A stretch of DNA of 64,000 nucleotides from Balanoglossus misakiensis (Eukaryota > Animalia > Hemichordata): assembly GCA_040954595.2 (NCBI GenBank), contig CM082587.2, positions 11,677,598 through 11,741,597 on the forward strand, written 5' to 3'. The notes below the pieces were generated by a model that was not told the origin of the DNA, did not search any database, and saw only the letters and a program-made list of their open reading frames with translations. Numbering within the stretch: the first letter of the stretch is position 1; every line of letters starts with the position of its first letter. The position numbers and the translations under genes were made by a program. Shown piece by piece: positions 1 through 8,668 of the stretch.

Positions 1-521
1 GTTTATTGGTGGCAGTTGAGCTGAGGAGAGCACCTTCCTTCCCGGCACGCCACCAAGTAAAGTTCCACGCCGCCCACCACAGATGCCAGCATTCATTCAT
101 GCGAGTGAGTGTAATTGCAAATTTGCCTATTCTAGATCTGTAATGGAAATGGAGAAAGTACCTTATATTTTCTGTAAAATAGACATTTAATTGGCAAGCC
201 GTCCTGCATCAATTATGAATTGTGTACATGCACTAAAGCGCCCTCACTGCTGGGTGTGTTGTATGGTCTTTAACCCTGTTTCAAATTAGAGTACTTTCTG
301 CAATTTCAAGACAGATCTTACGTGCCATTGGAGAGCTCCATTGACTGGTCATTCATACTGTTTTCATTCATTCATTGCGGCATCAATATATTTTATCTAT
401 TCTAGCCAAAGAGCTTGGCACCTGTTGAAATGAACTCATCTGCTGTGGGCCAGTTTATTGGTGGCAGTTGAGCTGAGGAGAGCACCTTCCTTCCCGGCAC
501 GCCACCAAGTAAAGTTCCACG
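1..521 (+). repeat. Satellite array, end of the upstream block (452-bp monomer)
   Basis: The sequence at 1 (gtttattggtggcagttgag) recurs at 453. The array ends at ...aagtaaagttccacg (521), where cassette sequence begins. Confidence 0.97.
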
Positions 522-2314
522 TGCATTCCTGGCCCTGGTTTTATTTATGTTTACAGACAATATTGCATTTTTGTACAAGTATTTTAATCAACTATAAATT
601 TTGAATGTGTCATTTACCTGAACCGGTCATGTTGACCAGAATGATACATTTCTGCCTTCACTCACCCTATAAATATGTGATTGAGACATAGGTCATTTGC
701 ATAAGCTAACATACCAGAAAGTAAGCATATCTGTTGTTTTCCCTGTGTCACTGCCATCAAAGTAAAAATTAGACGTTGTGTAGAGCAAACTCCAATTTTT
801 TGTTCTCAATAAACATGGATGAATTACATAGAATGTGTTTGTTGTTTACAGTCTTTAAATGACACATTAGATTATGCACTTTACAAAACGTTTCTGAGAA
901 ACAAGTGACTAACTAGTTTCTTTCCACTGTGGCCAACGTGGTTCACTGTTTGTGTCAGAATCTCTCTGTTTTGCAAGGATTTTGAAATCATAGTGGTGAC
1001 ATGCATAGTGAAAATCAGCTACTTTCAAATGTCCGTCATGTTCATGCTGTAATTGAATTTTCAAAGCTGGGCTGGCGTGTTTTTTCTTATTTACATAAGT
1101 ATCACACTTTATACATGTATCTTCATGGGGTTTTTTGAGTCCCGTATTTAGGTCCTCTCTCACAATTTTACGAAATATCGTATAACTGACAGTTGTTCTT
1201 CCCAGAAGAGATTGGTTGGTTATGAACTCTCGGTGTAACTGCGATATACTGTGGTCCGGCGCCAGGTACGGTTTAAATCGAGGATTCCTGCAGTAGTGAG
1301 ATTCTACAATTCTGTGCCTGCGTACGTGTTCAGTGATATCAGTCAGCAAATTTGGATTGAGTTTCCGACGATGCCCTTTGTGTCGGCCCCTTGCATCTGG
1401 CATCAGACCAGTAAAGTTCCATGTGCATTCCTGGCCCTGGTTTTATTTATGTTTACAGACAATATTGCATTTTTGTACAAGTATTTTAATCAACTATAAA
1501 TTTTGAATGTGTCATTTACCTGAACCGGTCATGTTGACCAGAATGATACATTTCTGCCTTCACTCACCCTATAAATATGTGATTGAGACATAGGTCATTT
1601 GCATAAGCTAACATACCAGAAAGTAAGCATATCTGTTGTTTTCCCTGTGTCACTGCCATCAAAGTAAAAATTAGACGTTGTGTAGAGCAAACTCCAATTT
1701 TTTGTTCTCAATAAACATGGATGAATTACATAGAATGTGTTTGTTGTTTACAGTCTTTAAATGACACATTAGATTATGCACTTTACAAAACGTTTCTGAG
1801 AAACAAGTGACTAACTAGTTTCTTTCCACTGTGGCCAACGTGGTTCACTGTTTGTGTCAGAATCTCTCTGTTTTGCAAGGATTTTGAAATCATAGTGGTG
1901 ACATGCATAGTGAAAATCAGCTACTTTCAAATGTCCGTCATGTTCATGCTGTAATTGAATTTTCAAAGCTGGGCTGGCGTGTTTTTTCTTATTTACATAA
2001 GTATCACACTTTATACATGTATCTTCATGGGGTTTTCTGAGTCCCGTATTTAGGTCCTCTCTCACAATTTTACGAAATATCGTATAACTGACAGTTGTTC
2101 TTCCCAGAAGAGATTGGTTGGTTATGAACTCTCGGTGTAACTGCGATATACTGTGGTCCGGCGCCAGGTACGGTTTAAATCGAGGATTCCTGCAGTAGTG
2201 AGATTCTACAATTCTGTGCCTGCGTACGTGTTCAGTGATATCAGTCAGCAAATTTGGATTGAGTTTCCGACGATGCCCTTTGTGTCGGCCCCTTGCATCT
2301 GGCATCAGACCAGT
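511..2314. repeat. 902-bp tandem duplication (511-1412 / 1413-2314)
   Basis: ORF ends at 909 and 1811 are 902 bp apart. I see two differences (520 C/1422 T; 1135 T/2037 C, K vs R). AGT microhomology at the junction (1410-1412). Confidence 0.95.
909..1412 (-). pseudogene. 5'-truncated duplicate of the transposase N-half gene (last ~165 codons)
   Basis: Protein identical to the C-terminal part of the 1811-2767 ORF except one K/R change. It lacks that gene's 5' end and promoter. Confidence 0.85.
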
Positions 2315-2767
2315 TGAACAGTGCATCATTTTGCTTAGAACGGTTCTAGTCCGCCTCTCACTAATGCCAAATAATTTCAGGAATGCATTTTTGCAGACAG
2401 TAACCGTTTCACCGCCTTCATTCACCAGGTGATAACGAACCGATTTCTTGTGTGACTTCATCTGTATATCCATCAGTTTGTAGAGCATCAAGTTCTGTTC
2501 ATTATACACGCGACCATCAAAATATTTTCTCGTGGTGCCTAAAACATGCGTACTCCCAAGCTTCCGCAGACAATTCCCTTGAACGCAGGCGCATTCCAAG
2601 GAAAGACTGTCAATATCTGGAAAAGGGCGATTTTTCCTTGGTTTTTGTCTCGGACACGTCTTTTTAGAATTCCTACGTGGCTTGTTGGCTCGAGCTGACA
2701 GTTCGGTTCTGCGTTGCTGCCACACAGGAATGGGTTCCCACGCATAAGCAACTCCCCGGCAGGCCAT
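1811..2767 (-). CDS. Sola-like transposase, N-terminal (DNA-binding, Cys/His-rich) half, ~318 aa
   Basis: Motifs CACVQGNC, VCKNAFLKLFGISERR, DARGRH, ESHYCR...YL, FRKI...N.GL.KP.EDTC..CD and HL..A are typical of the N-terminal region of Sola-type transposases. First ATG at 2767, TAG at 1811-1813. No catalytic domain. Confidence 0.8.
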   Translation of the reverse strand: MACRGVAYAWEPIPVWQQRRTELSARANKPRRNSKKTCPRQKPRKNRPFPDIDSLSLECACVQGNCLRKLGSTHVLGTTRKYFDGRVYNEQNLMLYKLMDIQMKSHKKSVRYHLVNEGGETVTVCKNAFLKLFGISERRTRTVLSKMMHCSTGLMPDARGRHKGHRRKLNPNLLTDITEHVRRHRIVESHYCRNPRFKPYLAPDHSISQLHREFITNQSLLGRTTVSYTIFRKIVREDLNTGLRKPHEDTCIKCDTYVNKKKHASPALKIQLQHEHDGHLKVADFHYACHHYDFKILAKQRDSDTNSEPRWPQWKETS

Positions 2768-2938
2768 GGTCACAGCTGAAGTATTTGTTCAAGTACTGAC
2801 TGACTAAACGCGGCATGGAACAAACGAACGAACGAACGAACGACTTCACGTTCGGAAAAAAAATCGTTGCGAGCTGTTGGGTGCCTCTATAGTTGTCGGC
2901 AACCGTTCTTTTTTATTGCTAAACAATGCTGTCAGAGC
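2768..2938. promoter_or_regulatory. Putative bidirectional promoter between the two transposase halves, with an (AACG)n microsatellite
   Basis: 171 bp between two divergent ATGs; aacg x5 at ~2823-2842; GTTCGGAA at 2850-2857. Promoter function is inferred from position only. Confidence 0.5.
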
Positions 2939-3952
2939 ATGGAAGGTGTGGTGGAAAACGAACAGAGGTTTTGTACGACCAACGATTGGATGGTGCTACA
3001 TATGGACTTCCACAAGTCATTGCCGGTTCCTAAACTCAGCTCTGAAGACTTTTACTTTAAATCGAAATTGCAAATGAAGCTCCTTGGAATTTACAACGGG
3101 ACAACGGAAAAGATGCATTGTTATGTATGGACAGAGCTCGATAGCAGAAAGTCTCCCGATGAAGTTATTACCTGTCTAAATCACTTTTTTTATAACTCGG
3201 GTGTGACCAGCAGACATGCAGTTATTTACAGCGACAACTGCCGTGCCGAATTCAAGTGTGGGAAGTTAATGTTTTACTATGACTATCTGTTACGAAAGGG
3301 CGTGTTTCGACGAATTGACTATAAAACTCTTGTGGCTGGACACACGTACTCCACCTGTGACCGAGTTTTTGCGTCCATTGAAAGGCATGCAAGTCGTTTC
3401 CAGAGTATAGAGACACCTCACGATTGGACATCTGTGATTCGAGGATCTTCTCTGAATGGGAACATTGGAGTTACGGAGATGACTCACAGAGACTTTTTCA
3501 ATTATTCTGATTTCCTGAAAAATGAGTACGTTGTGCGTTATGCAGATACAAACAATGTAACTTTTTACTACCAAGCCATGCACTATTTTAATTTTGGAGA
3601 AGGAGAAAGGCTTGATACCGACGGCAACCTCAGAACATTTAGTCATGCAGATAAAGTTTGGGTGAGAACATCTCTAGATCCAAGCGAGACCCCGATTGTA
3701 GTCGACTTTAGAAAGAAGAAGCAGAACCGGCGTTTACAAGATTGTACGCTGAACAAACTTTATCAGGAACGTCGACCACTGGCGAGCAAAGTTTGGCGGG
3801 ATCTTCAGAGTTTAGCCAAAAATTACCTGTCTCCGGAGGCAATAGAATTTTATAGGAATCTACCGCTTCAGGAGAGTAGTGGCACCTCTGCAGACCCGTA
3901 CGCCTTTCATGATGATGACGACGACGATGATGATGATATGGGCGGTGGTTGA
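2939..3952 (+). CDS. Sola-like DDD transposase, catalytic (RNase H-fold) half, ~337 aa, with acidic C-terminal tail
   Basis: Motifs MDFHKSLPVPKL..FYFKSKL, GIYN, CYVWTE..SPDEVITCL, YSDNC and LVAGHTYSTCDRVFASIE. Candidate triad D23/D99/D141 (codons 3005, 3233, 3359). First ATG at 2939; the ORF-track start at 2867 is a TTG. Confidence 0.85.
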   Translation: MEGVVENEQRFCTTNDWMVLHMDFHKSLPVPKLSSEDFYFKSKLQMKLLGIYNGTTEKMHCYVWTELDSRKSPDEVITCLNHFFYNSGVTSRHAVIYSDNCRAEFKCGKLMFYYDYLLRKGVFRRIDYKTLVAGHTYSTCDRVFASIERHASRFQSIETPHDWTSVIRGSSLNGNIGVTEMTHRDFFNYSDFLKNEYVVRYADTNNVTFYYQAMHYFNFGEGERLDTDGNLRTFSHADKVWVRTSLDPSETPIVVDFRKKKQNRRLQDCTLNKLYQERRPLASKVWRDLQSLAKNYLSPEAIEFYRNLPLQESSGTSADPYAFHDDDDDDDDDMGGG

Positions 3953-4270
3953 ACAAACTGTCCTTTTCATGACGACAGTGATTTTGGATATTTGATGTGC
4001 GTGCACAGTTTATATGTAATATTTTCACACGAACGAGTTTTGACTGAATTTGATTAAAGAATGTACTCGATAATTAACAAATGTGCTGAATCGTGGTTAT
4101 TATGTTGTTAATTTTTGTTTGTTTGTTTGTTTGTTTGTAAACAATTTCCGTTCATTCAACTGGCTACAAAGTTGGATTTTTGTACTGGGAAGCGATAAAC
4201 TCGCACATCAAAACCGGGGAGACTCGATCATTTTTCCCTGCAGGTAGCCTGAAAAGCACCCGGGCAGAGA

Positions 4271-4344
4271 TTACGTCATATATGGTCCACTTTAATACGA
4301 AATTATGCAAATGTGACATTTCACGGAAACGGCGTATATAAAAG
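4271..4344 (+). promoter_or_regulatory. Pol II promoter of the wHTH-SET gene
   Basis: TATATAAAAG at 4335-4344 (~100 bp before ATG 4436), octamer ATGCAAAT at 4305-4312, CRE/ATF-like TTACGTCA at 4271-4278. Confidence 0.55.
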
Positions 4345-4435
4345 CGACCCTGGGCTATTGTTCGGAATGCGTCATCGACGAGAGAGTGACTGATAATTCT
4401 TCTACCTCGAGTCAACCATTCTGTATATACTGAAC

Positions 4436-5762
4436 ATGGCTAGCTGGCGCAGGAAGAGACAAGGCAATGTGCGGTCTGTAATCAACGAACGGCACCGCTC
4501 AGTTCAGTGTCCCTTTCTTCAAAAGTGGATCGGTGAGCAATTGGTATTTTCAGGTCGTTCAGAGGATGAAGTCCAGTCCAGTACTGTATTTGAGAGCTAC
4601 AAATGTTGGGTTGAAAACTATTCGTCGGCGGACAATCAAGTAATGATTATGGTTACTAAAGCTCGATTTTTCAAGGTGAGAATGATCGCATTTTTCTTCC
4701 CCCCCCCCCTCCCTCCCCCAAGGGACTCGTTTTCTGTCTCTTTTAAACCTGTAACTTAACGAAAAGGAAGTTTTTCACATATCTCTTTGTTGACACTATA
4801 GCAATTTGGAGCGCGGATGCTTCAAGAGAATAGCGTTACCAAATCAAAGTCGGCCGGGGTTAATATTTATAGAGGTGTTCGTCTGAAAGCTGGTTCGCGA
4901 AGAATCTCAACGGGGAAACCTGAGCACAGTGTACTTCAGACCAGGGCAAGGGCATTTCTTGATGACGCCAGCGTGACCGTTCCGATCGAGGTAAGAATGG
5001 TGTTTTGTTTGGACTAGGACAATAGAACGTTGCAATGAGTGTGTCAATGGGTGTCCAAGTGCAAACGTGGTCGGCTTCTGTCCACAAATGCCATTAATTT
5101 TAGGCAGGATTTATAAAATTGTCAATGAAGAATACAAAAATGAAAAACAATAGTTAATAGCAAACGGGTAGGATTGCAAGGGCTTGTAAAACGGTACACA
5201 CTGTACCAGGAAGTTTGCAACACTAATGAAGAATGTATATGATATATTTAGGTGAGAACTGTTCGCGATCGCCGGGACGCAGGACGGTGCGCGTTTTCGA
5301 CGAGGGATCTTCAAGCCTGGAACGTCGTCTGCGAATACCGGGGCACGGTTATTAGCGTTGAAGAAGCTAGTCGGCGTGATGAACTTTACAGGGCAGAGGG
5401 GAAACGACCACGCATGTTTCATCTCTACATTGGAAAGAGACACGTTGTGTGAGTGTATCACTTAGTCGAATATATGGTCATATATTGCAAAGCATCTGTC
5501 GAAATAGAAAACGTAATATTGTCTATATTTTCCTCATTAACGCAGCATTGACGGATACGATGTCCCAGCCGGTGAAGAAAATTTAGCGGGCCTAATAAAT
5601 CACAGTCAGCAGAACGCCAACTTGGTACCGGTTCGGATCGGAGAGCGCCTGGTTTTCTTTGCAACCAGGAATCTTTGTCAGGGAGTAGAGCTTTTGTATG
5701 ATTACGGTGACGGGGGTGAAGAGGATTTCTTCAGTGGTTCTCAAACTTTTCCTGAAAATTAA
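4436..5762 (+). CDS. Spliced gene, ~280 aa: RFX/D5-like winged helix fused to a SET8/PR-Set7-like SET domain; exons 4436-4675, 4802-4990, 5252-5448, 5546-5762
   Basis: GT-AG introns (AAG|gtgag..tatag, GAG|gtaag..tttag, GT|gtgagt..cgcag; phases 0,0,2) join one open frame. SET motifs: GRCAFSTRDL..VCEYRG.VIS.EEA.RR..LY, IDG, GLINHS..NAN, FATRNL.QG.ELLYDYGD. The N-terminus WI..QL..VFESYKCWVE..KARFFKQF..IYRGVRLK resembles an RFX/D5 winged helix (less certain). Confidence 0.85.
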
Positions 5763-5808
5763 GGCATTAACACATCAACGCTTCGGGATGTCGTAACGGC
5801 GGCAAGGC

Positions 5809-5828
5809 GGGGGGGGGGGGGGGGGGGG
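5809..5828 (+). repeat. G20 homopolymer downstream of the SET gene
   Basis: Read directly; also 20 G in copy 2 (28441-28460). Confidence 0.9.
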
Positions 5829-6670
5829 CGTGAAAATGTTTGTATCAGGAACAAAATTCCCGTGCAAATCACCTTGATCCGGGTGGGTGGACTATTCGCG
5901 ACAAATGTTGAAATCATACAAAGCATTTTACTTAATTAACCCATTTTTTTCATTTATTTGTTTACAGTTTACAACGTCATAGAGAAGTTGAACTAGAGAC
6001 TGGATCAGCGTGGGTGACACCATAGTACACCAATGTTTTCTTCAGTTTGATTCAATTGTAATTTAAAACTGAGATTGCCTAACGCTTTCCCAGATTTTTT
6101 TAACCACTGAGAAACTGTGGGTTTTTTTCTGGGTTTTGGTGCGAGGTGATCTCAGTCAGTGGTGTTAATTTAATTAATCATTTTCTTTTCCTATTTACGT
6201 CGACTGAAATGTATTTTGATAGGTGATAGTCATACCATAAAAAAATCTTACGGCGCGACTGCCAAAATGTACATTTATTTGTCCGTTCCAAGTTATTTTG
6301 TGTATGTGTGATGGGTGCCGGTGACTGTGCAGGGTTGATTTCCCTAGAGCGACTGTTATATTCGTTTTCCAACGATGATGAATTTACATGTTATTTGCTT
6401 GGCATTTTGACGCAGAGACACTTCTGAAAACACAAACCTATTAATTATGCCACGGGTGTAAATTGATCACATTAAAAGAGGCTTTAGACGTTTGCCGCGA
6501 GCTCCTGGTGGGCAGAATCTTGTCAGCCCAAATTTGACTATAAGTACATAGCCAATGATGTGACGCTCTCCCACATCCTTCGCCGCGCCTTTTCGCTGAT
6601 TTACAGCATCTTGCGTAAACACTGTCATTTGATCTTGCTTGGCAGAAGTCAACTTGCTCTATACTACATT

Positions 6671-7036
6671 ATGGCGGCCAAGCTCAACTGCATATCAGAT
6701 AATGCCAAGGAGCGTTTGAGAGGCATCCTCGCCAGAAGGAGTCGCGTTTCCGGTGACTGTGTGCTCTGGACGGGTGCAGCTTGTCGAAACGGCTATGGCT
6801 CTATTACGTTCAGAGATGAGAACACTCTAACCGCCTATGTCCATCACATTGCACTCCTAATTAACGGAGTGCAATTGGTGGGCAGGCGGTTAGAGTGTTC
6901 TCATCTTTGCAACGAAAAGCTATGCATCCGCCCAGAGCACATTGTCCAGGAAACGCGACTCCTAAACATTTCACGAAAGACGTGCTTTAAATCCCCAAAA
7001 GGGGAGTGTCACCACGATCCCAGGTGCCTAAGGTGA
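6671..7036 (+). CDS. His-Cys box / His-Me finger zinc-binding endonuclease (I-PpoI-like), ~121 aa
   Basis: Motifs DCVLWTGA..NGYG, AYVHHIA, ECSHLCNEKLCIRPEHIVQET..NISRKTC and C.H.PRC. First ATG at 6671; the ORF-track start at 6560 is a GTG. Confidence 0.85.
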   Translation: MAAKLNCISDNAKERLRGILARRSRVSGDCVLWTGAACRNGYGSITFRDENTLTAYVHHIALLINGVQLVGRRLECSHLCNEKLCIRPEHIVQETRLLNISRKTCFKSPKGECHHDPRCLR

Positions 7037-7288
7037 GTAATCCTCTTCTCATTTGATATGTATTGTGTGACCCTGCAGTTGAAACGCTTTCATCAATAAT
7101 TTGCGGCGCGTGGGTAATCTCGGTGTTATTGACAATGCAGCCGGCCCAAACATTTTTAAATTAACACTGTTTCTGACTGTATTAACGAAATGTCCAATTT
7201 GCAAGTAGCCTATAGACAACCCTTTTGAATGAGTTTTGTCTCGTTGAGATTTTATACATAAGGAACAATCTAGATTTATTTTAGAAGA

Positions 7289-7708
7289 CACTGTTCTTTT
7301 AAAACAGCTAGCATAATACAGCTAAATTTCGGAATTTCCGGACAATTTTCGGAATTCCTTTTAAATTTGAGAAATTTTTCATCAGATATAAGTGTTACTA
7401 TTTATTGGACATGTTTTTATCATTGTTTACTTTTTAAGGTCATTCTCATCCCCCCCCCCCCCCCCCAAAAAAAAGCCGCTTTAGGCTTCATGTTCAGTAA
7501 AAAATCTGGAAAGTTCAGCTGAATTTTACACTGATCACACATTTTTGGGAAGGTCTGGCGCAAAATAAAGGATGACAAATGTAAATCTAATGTCACATTT
7601 GTAAACCTCTAAGTATTGTACACTCATTCTATTAAGTATATGCAAATAGTACGGATAATTTTTTCGGAATGTGGAATTCCGAAATTAGTTCGGAACGTGT
7701 TAGCAGTG
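7289..7708. mobile_element. Possible MITE-like insertion (CACTG...CAGTG, flanking AAGA direct repeat, subterminal inverted TTCGGAAT motifs)
   Basis: AAGA at 7285-7288 and 7709-7712. ctaaatttcggaatttcc (~7322) pairs imperfectly with ggaattccgaaattag (~7673). The perfect terminal match is only 5 bp. Confidence 0.3.
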
Positions 7709-8019
7709 AAGAGATCACCACTGAGGGTTGGAAGGCCTTGCCAGAAATTAACGCGTAAAGTACGCCCTCACAGGCCATGTAAACAAGGTCAAATAAGGCC
7801 GTCTGGCAAACGAATGATTAATTCAACGCGCCATTTGAGCCGAGCTGAGTTGGTCTGAGTTGCGTATCACACAGACTTAGGCTGAATGTCAGTGGAGTAA
7901 CCAGTCCGTTTTAGATTTACCAATGATGTGAATTTAATTTCTTCACCCAGAAAAACAGAACACAACTTGTCTGCAACATGATGCTGGAGGTGACACATGA
8001 CAGAGAAGTGGATCCGCGT

Positions 8020-8355
8020 TGTCAACACAGATGCCAGCATTCAAAAGGGGAGTGCCACCTGCTAAAATCAACTCATCTGCTGTTGGCCCATTTTACCTGT
8101 GGCAACTGTTCAGAGGAGACAACGTTTATTCCGTGCAAGCCAACACGCAATGTTGGGGTCTACCTGTCAACACAGATGCAAGCATTCATGTGAGTGAGTA
8201 TCAGGACTGACCTTGTTTTGCTGAATAATTCATAATGCCTATTTTAGAATTCTTAGAGGCATTTGGAGTTCATTGCCTGGTCAACCAAACTACACCCCTT
8301 AACAGCTGAAACAAAATGCGTATTGTGTTCATTCATTCATTGCTTCAATATATAT
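8020..8355 (+). repeat. Diverged copy of the short satellite monomer inside the cassette
   Basis: Collinear matches to the monomer: cacctgctaaaatcaactcatctgctgttggcc, cacagatgcaagcattcatgtgagtgagt, gcctattttagaattctta, ctggtca, ttcattcattcattgc. Confidence 0.85.
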
Positions 8356-8617
8356 AGGCAACATGAGTATCAAGTAGCACTATTTGTTTACGATTGTATT
8401 CATGAAAACTTCCCACTAACAATTCCACAGTTAATATTGAACACATTTATCCAACAAGGTCAAAAGAAAAAGGGAATCTTCTGGTTCCAAAATACGCCAC
8501 AAATGTGGGTCAACATACAGTGAAATATTATGGTGCTCAAATATGCAACATATCAAATCTGTCTCATCAAAGTCATGCTTTAAAAAAGAATTGAAAAGGT
8601 ATTATTTATCCATTTGA
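8344..8617 (+). pseudogene. Decayed 3' end of a non-LTR retrotransposon ORF2 (L2/CR1-group-like)
   Basis: Frameshifted pieces FNIYRQHEYQVALFVYDCIHENFP / LVPKYATNVGQHTVKYYGAQICN / FKKELKRYYL* resemble the conserved ORF2 C-terminus (...Y.G..IWN.....FK..LK). Confidence 0.6.
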
Positions 8618-8668
8618 CTGCTGTATTTTCAGAAGGAAAACAAACTGAATTTGGTTTTTCATGTACAA

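Larger units (their letters stand above)
522..8668. mobile_element. Satellite-embedded gene cassette, copy 1 (split Sola-like transposase, wHTH-SET gene, His-Me endonuclease); putative composite DNA transposon
   Basis: Non-satellite block repeated at +22,632 and +62,653 with identical junctions and encoding transposase halves. No terminal inverted repeats or target-site duplication seen at the junctions. Confidence 0.75.

Noticed and set aside
2235-4415. Small overlapping or antisense ORFs (2235, 2452, 2539, 2877, 3290, 3708, 4164)
   Set aside because: Shadow frames of the transposase genes or the promoter region, with no motifs.
4436-5664. ORF-track entries 4436-4759, 4817-5017 and 5252-5452 as separate genes, plus antisense ORFs 4860, 5111 and 5458
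   Set aside because: The + strand ones are exons of a single spliced gene; the - strand ones are shadows.
6252-6424. Possible minus-strand exon (tttcag acceptor near 6424, gtaaga donor near 6251)
   Set aside because: All three frames from the acceptor hit stop codons, so no coding model can be supported.
7049-7858. ORFs 7049-7291 and 7616-7858
   Set aside because: Short, non-ATG starts, no recognisable motifs, and they overlap the putative MITE region.
522-8668. Terminal inverted repeats or target-site duplication at the cassette-satellite junctions
   Set aside because: The ends (tgcattcctggcc... / ...ttttcatgtacaa) are not inverted repeats, and the flanks are different monomer positions. 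The true element ends are not identifiable in this window.
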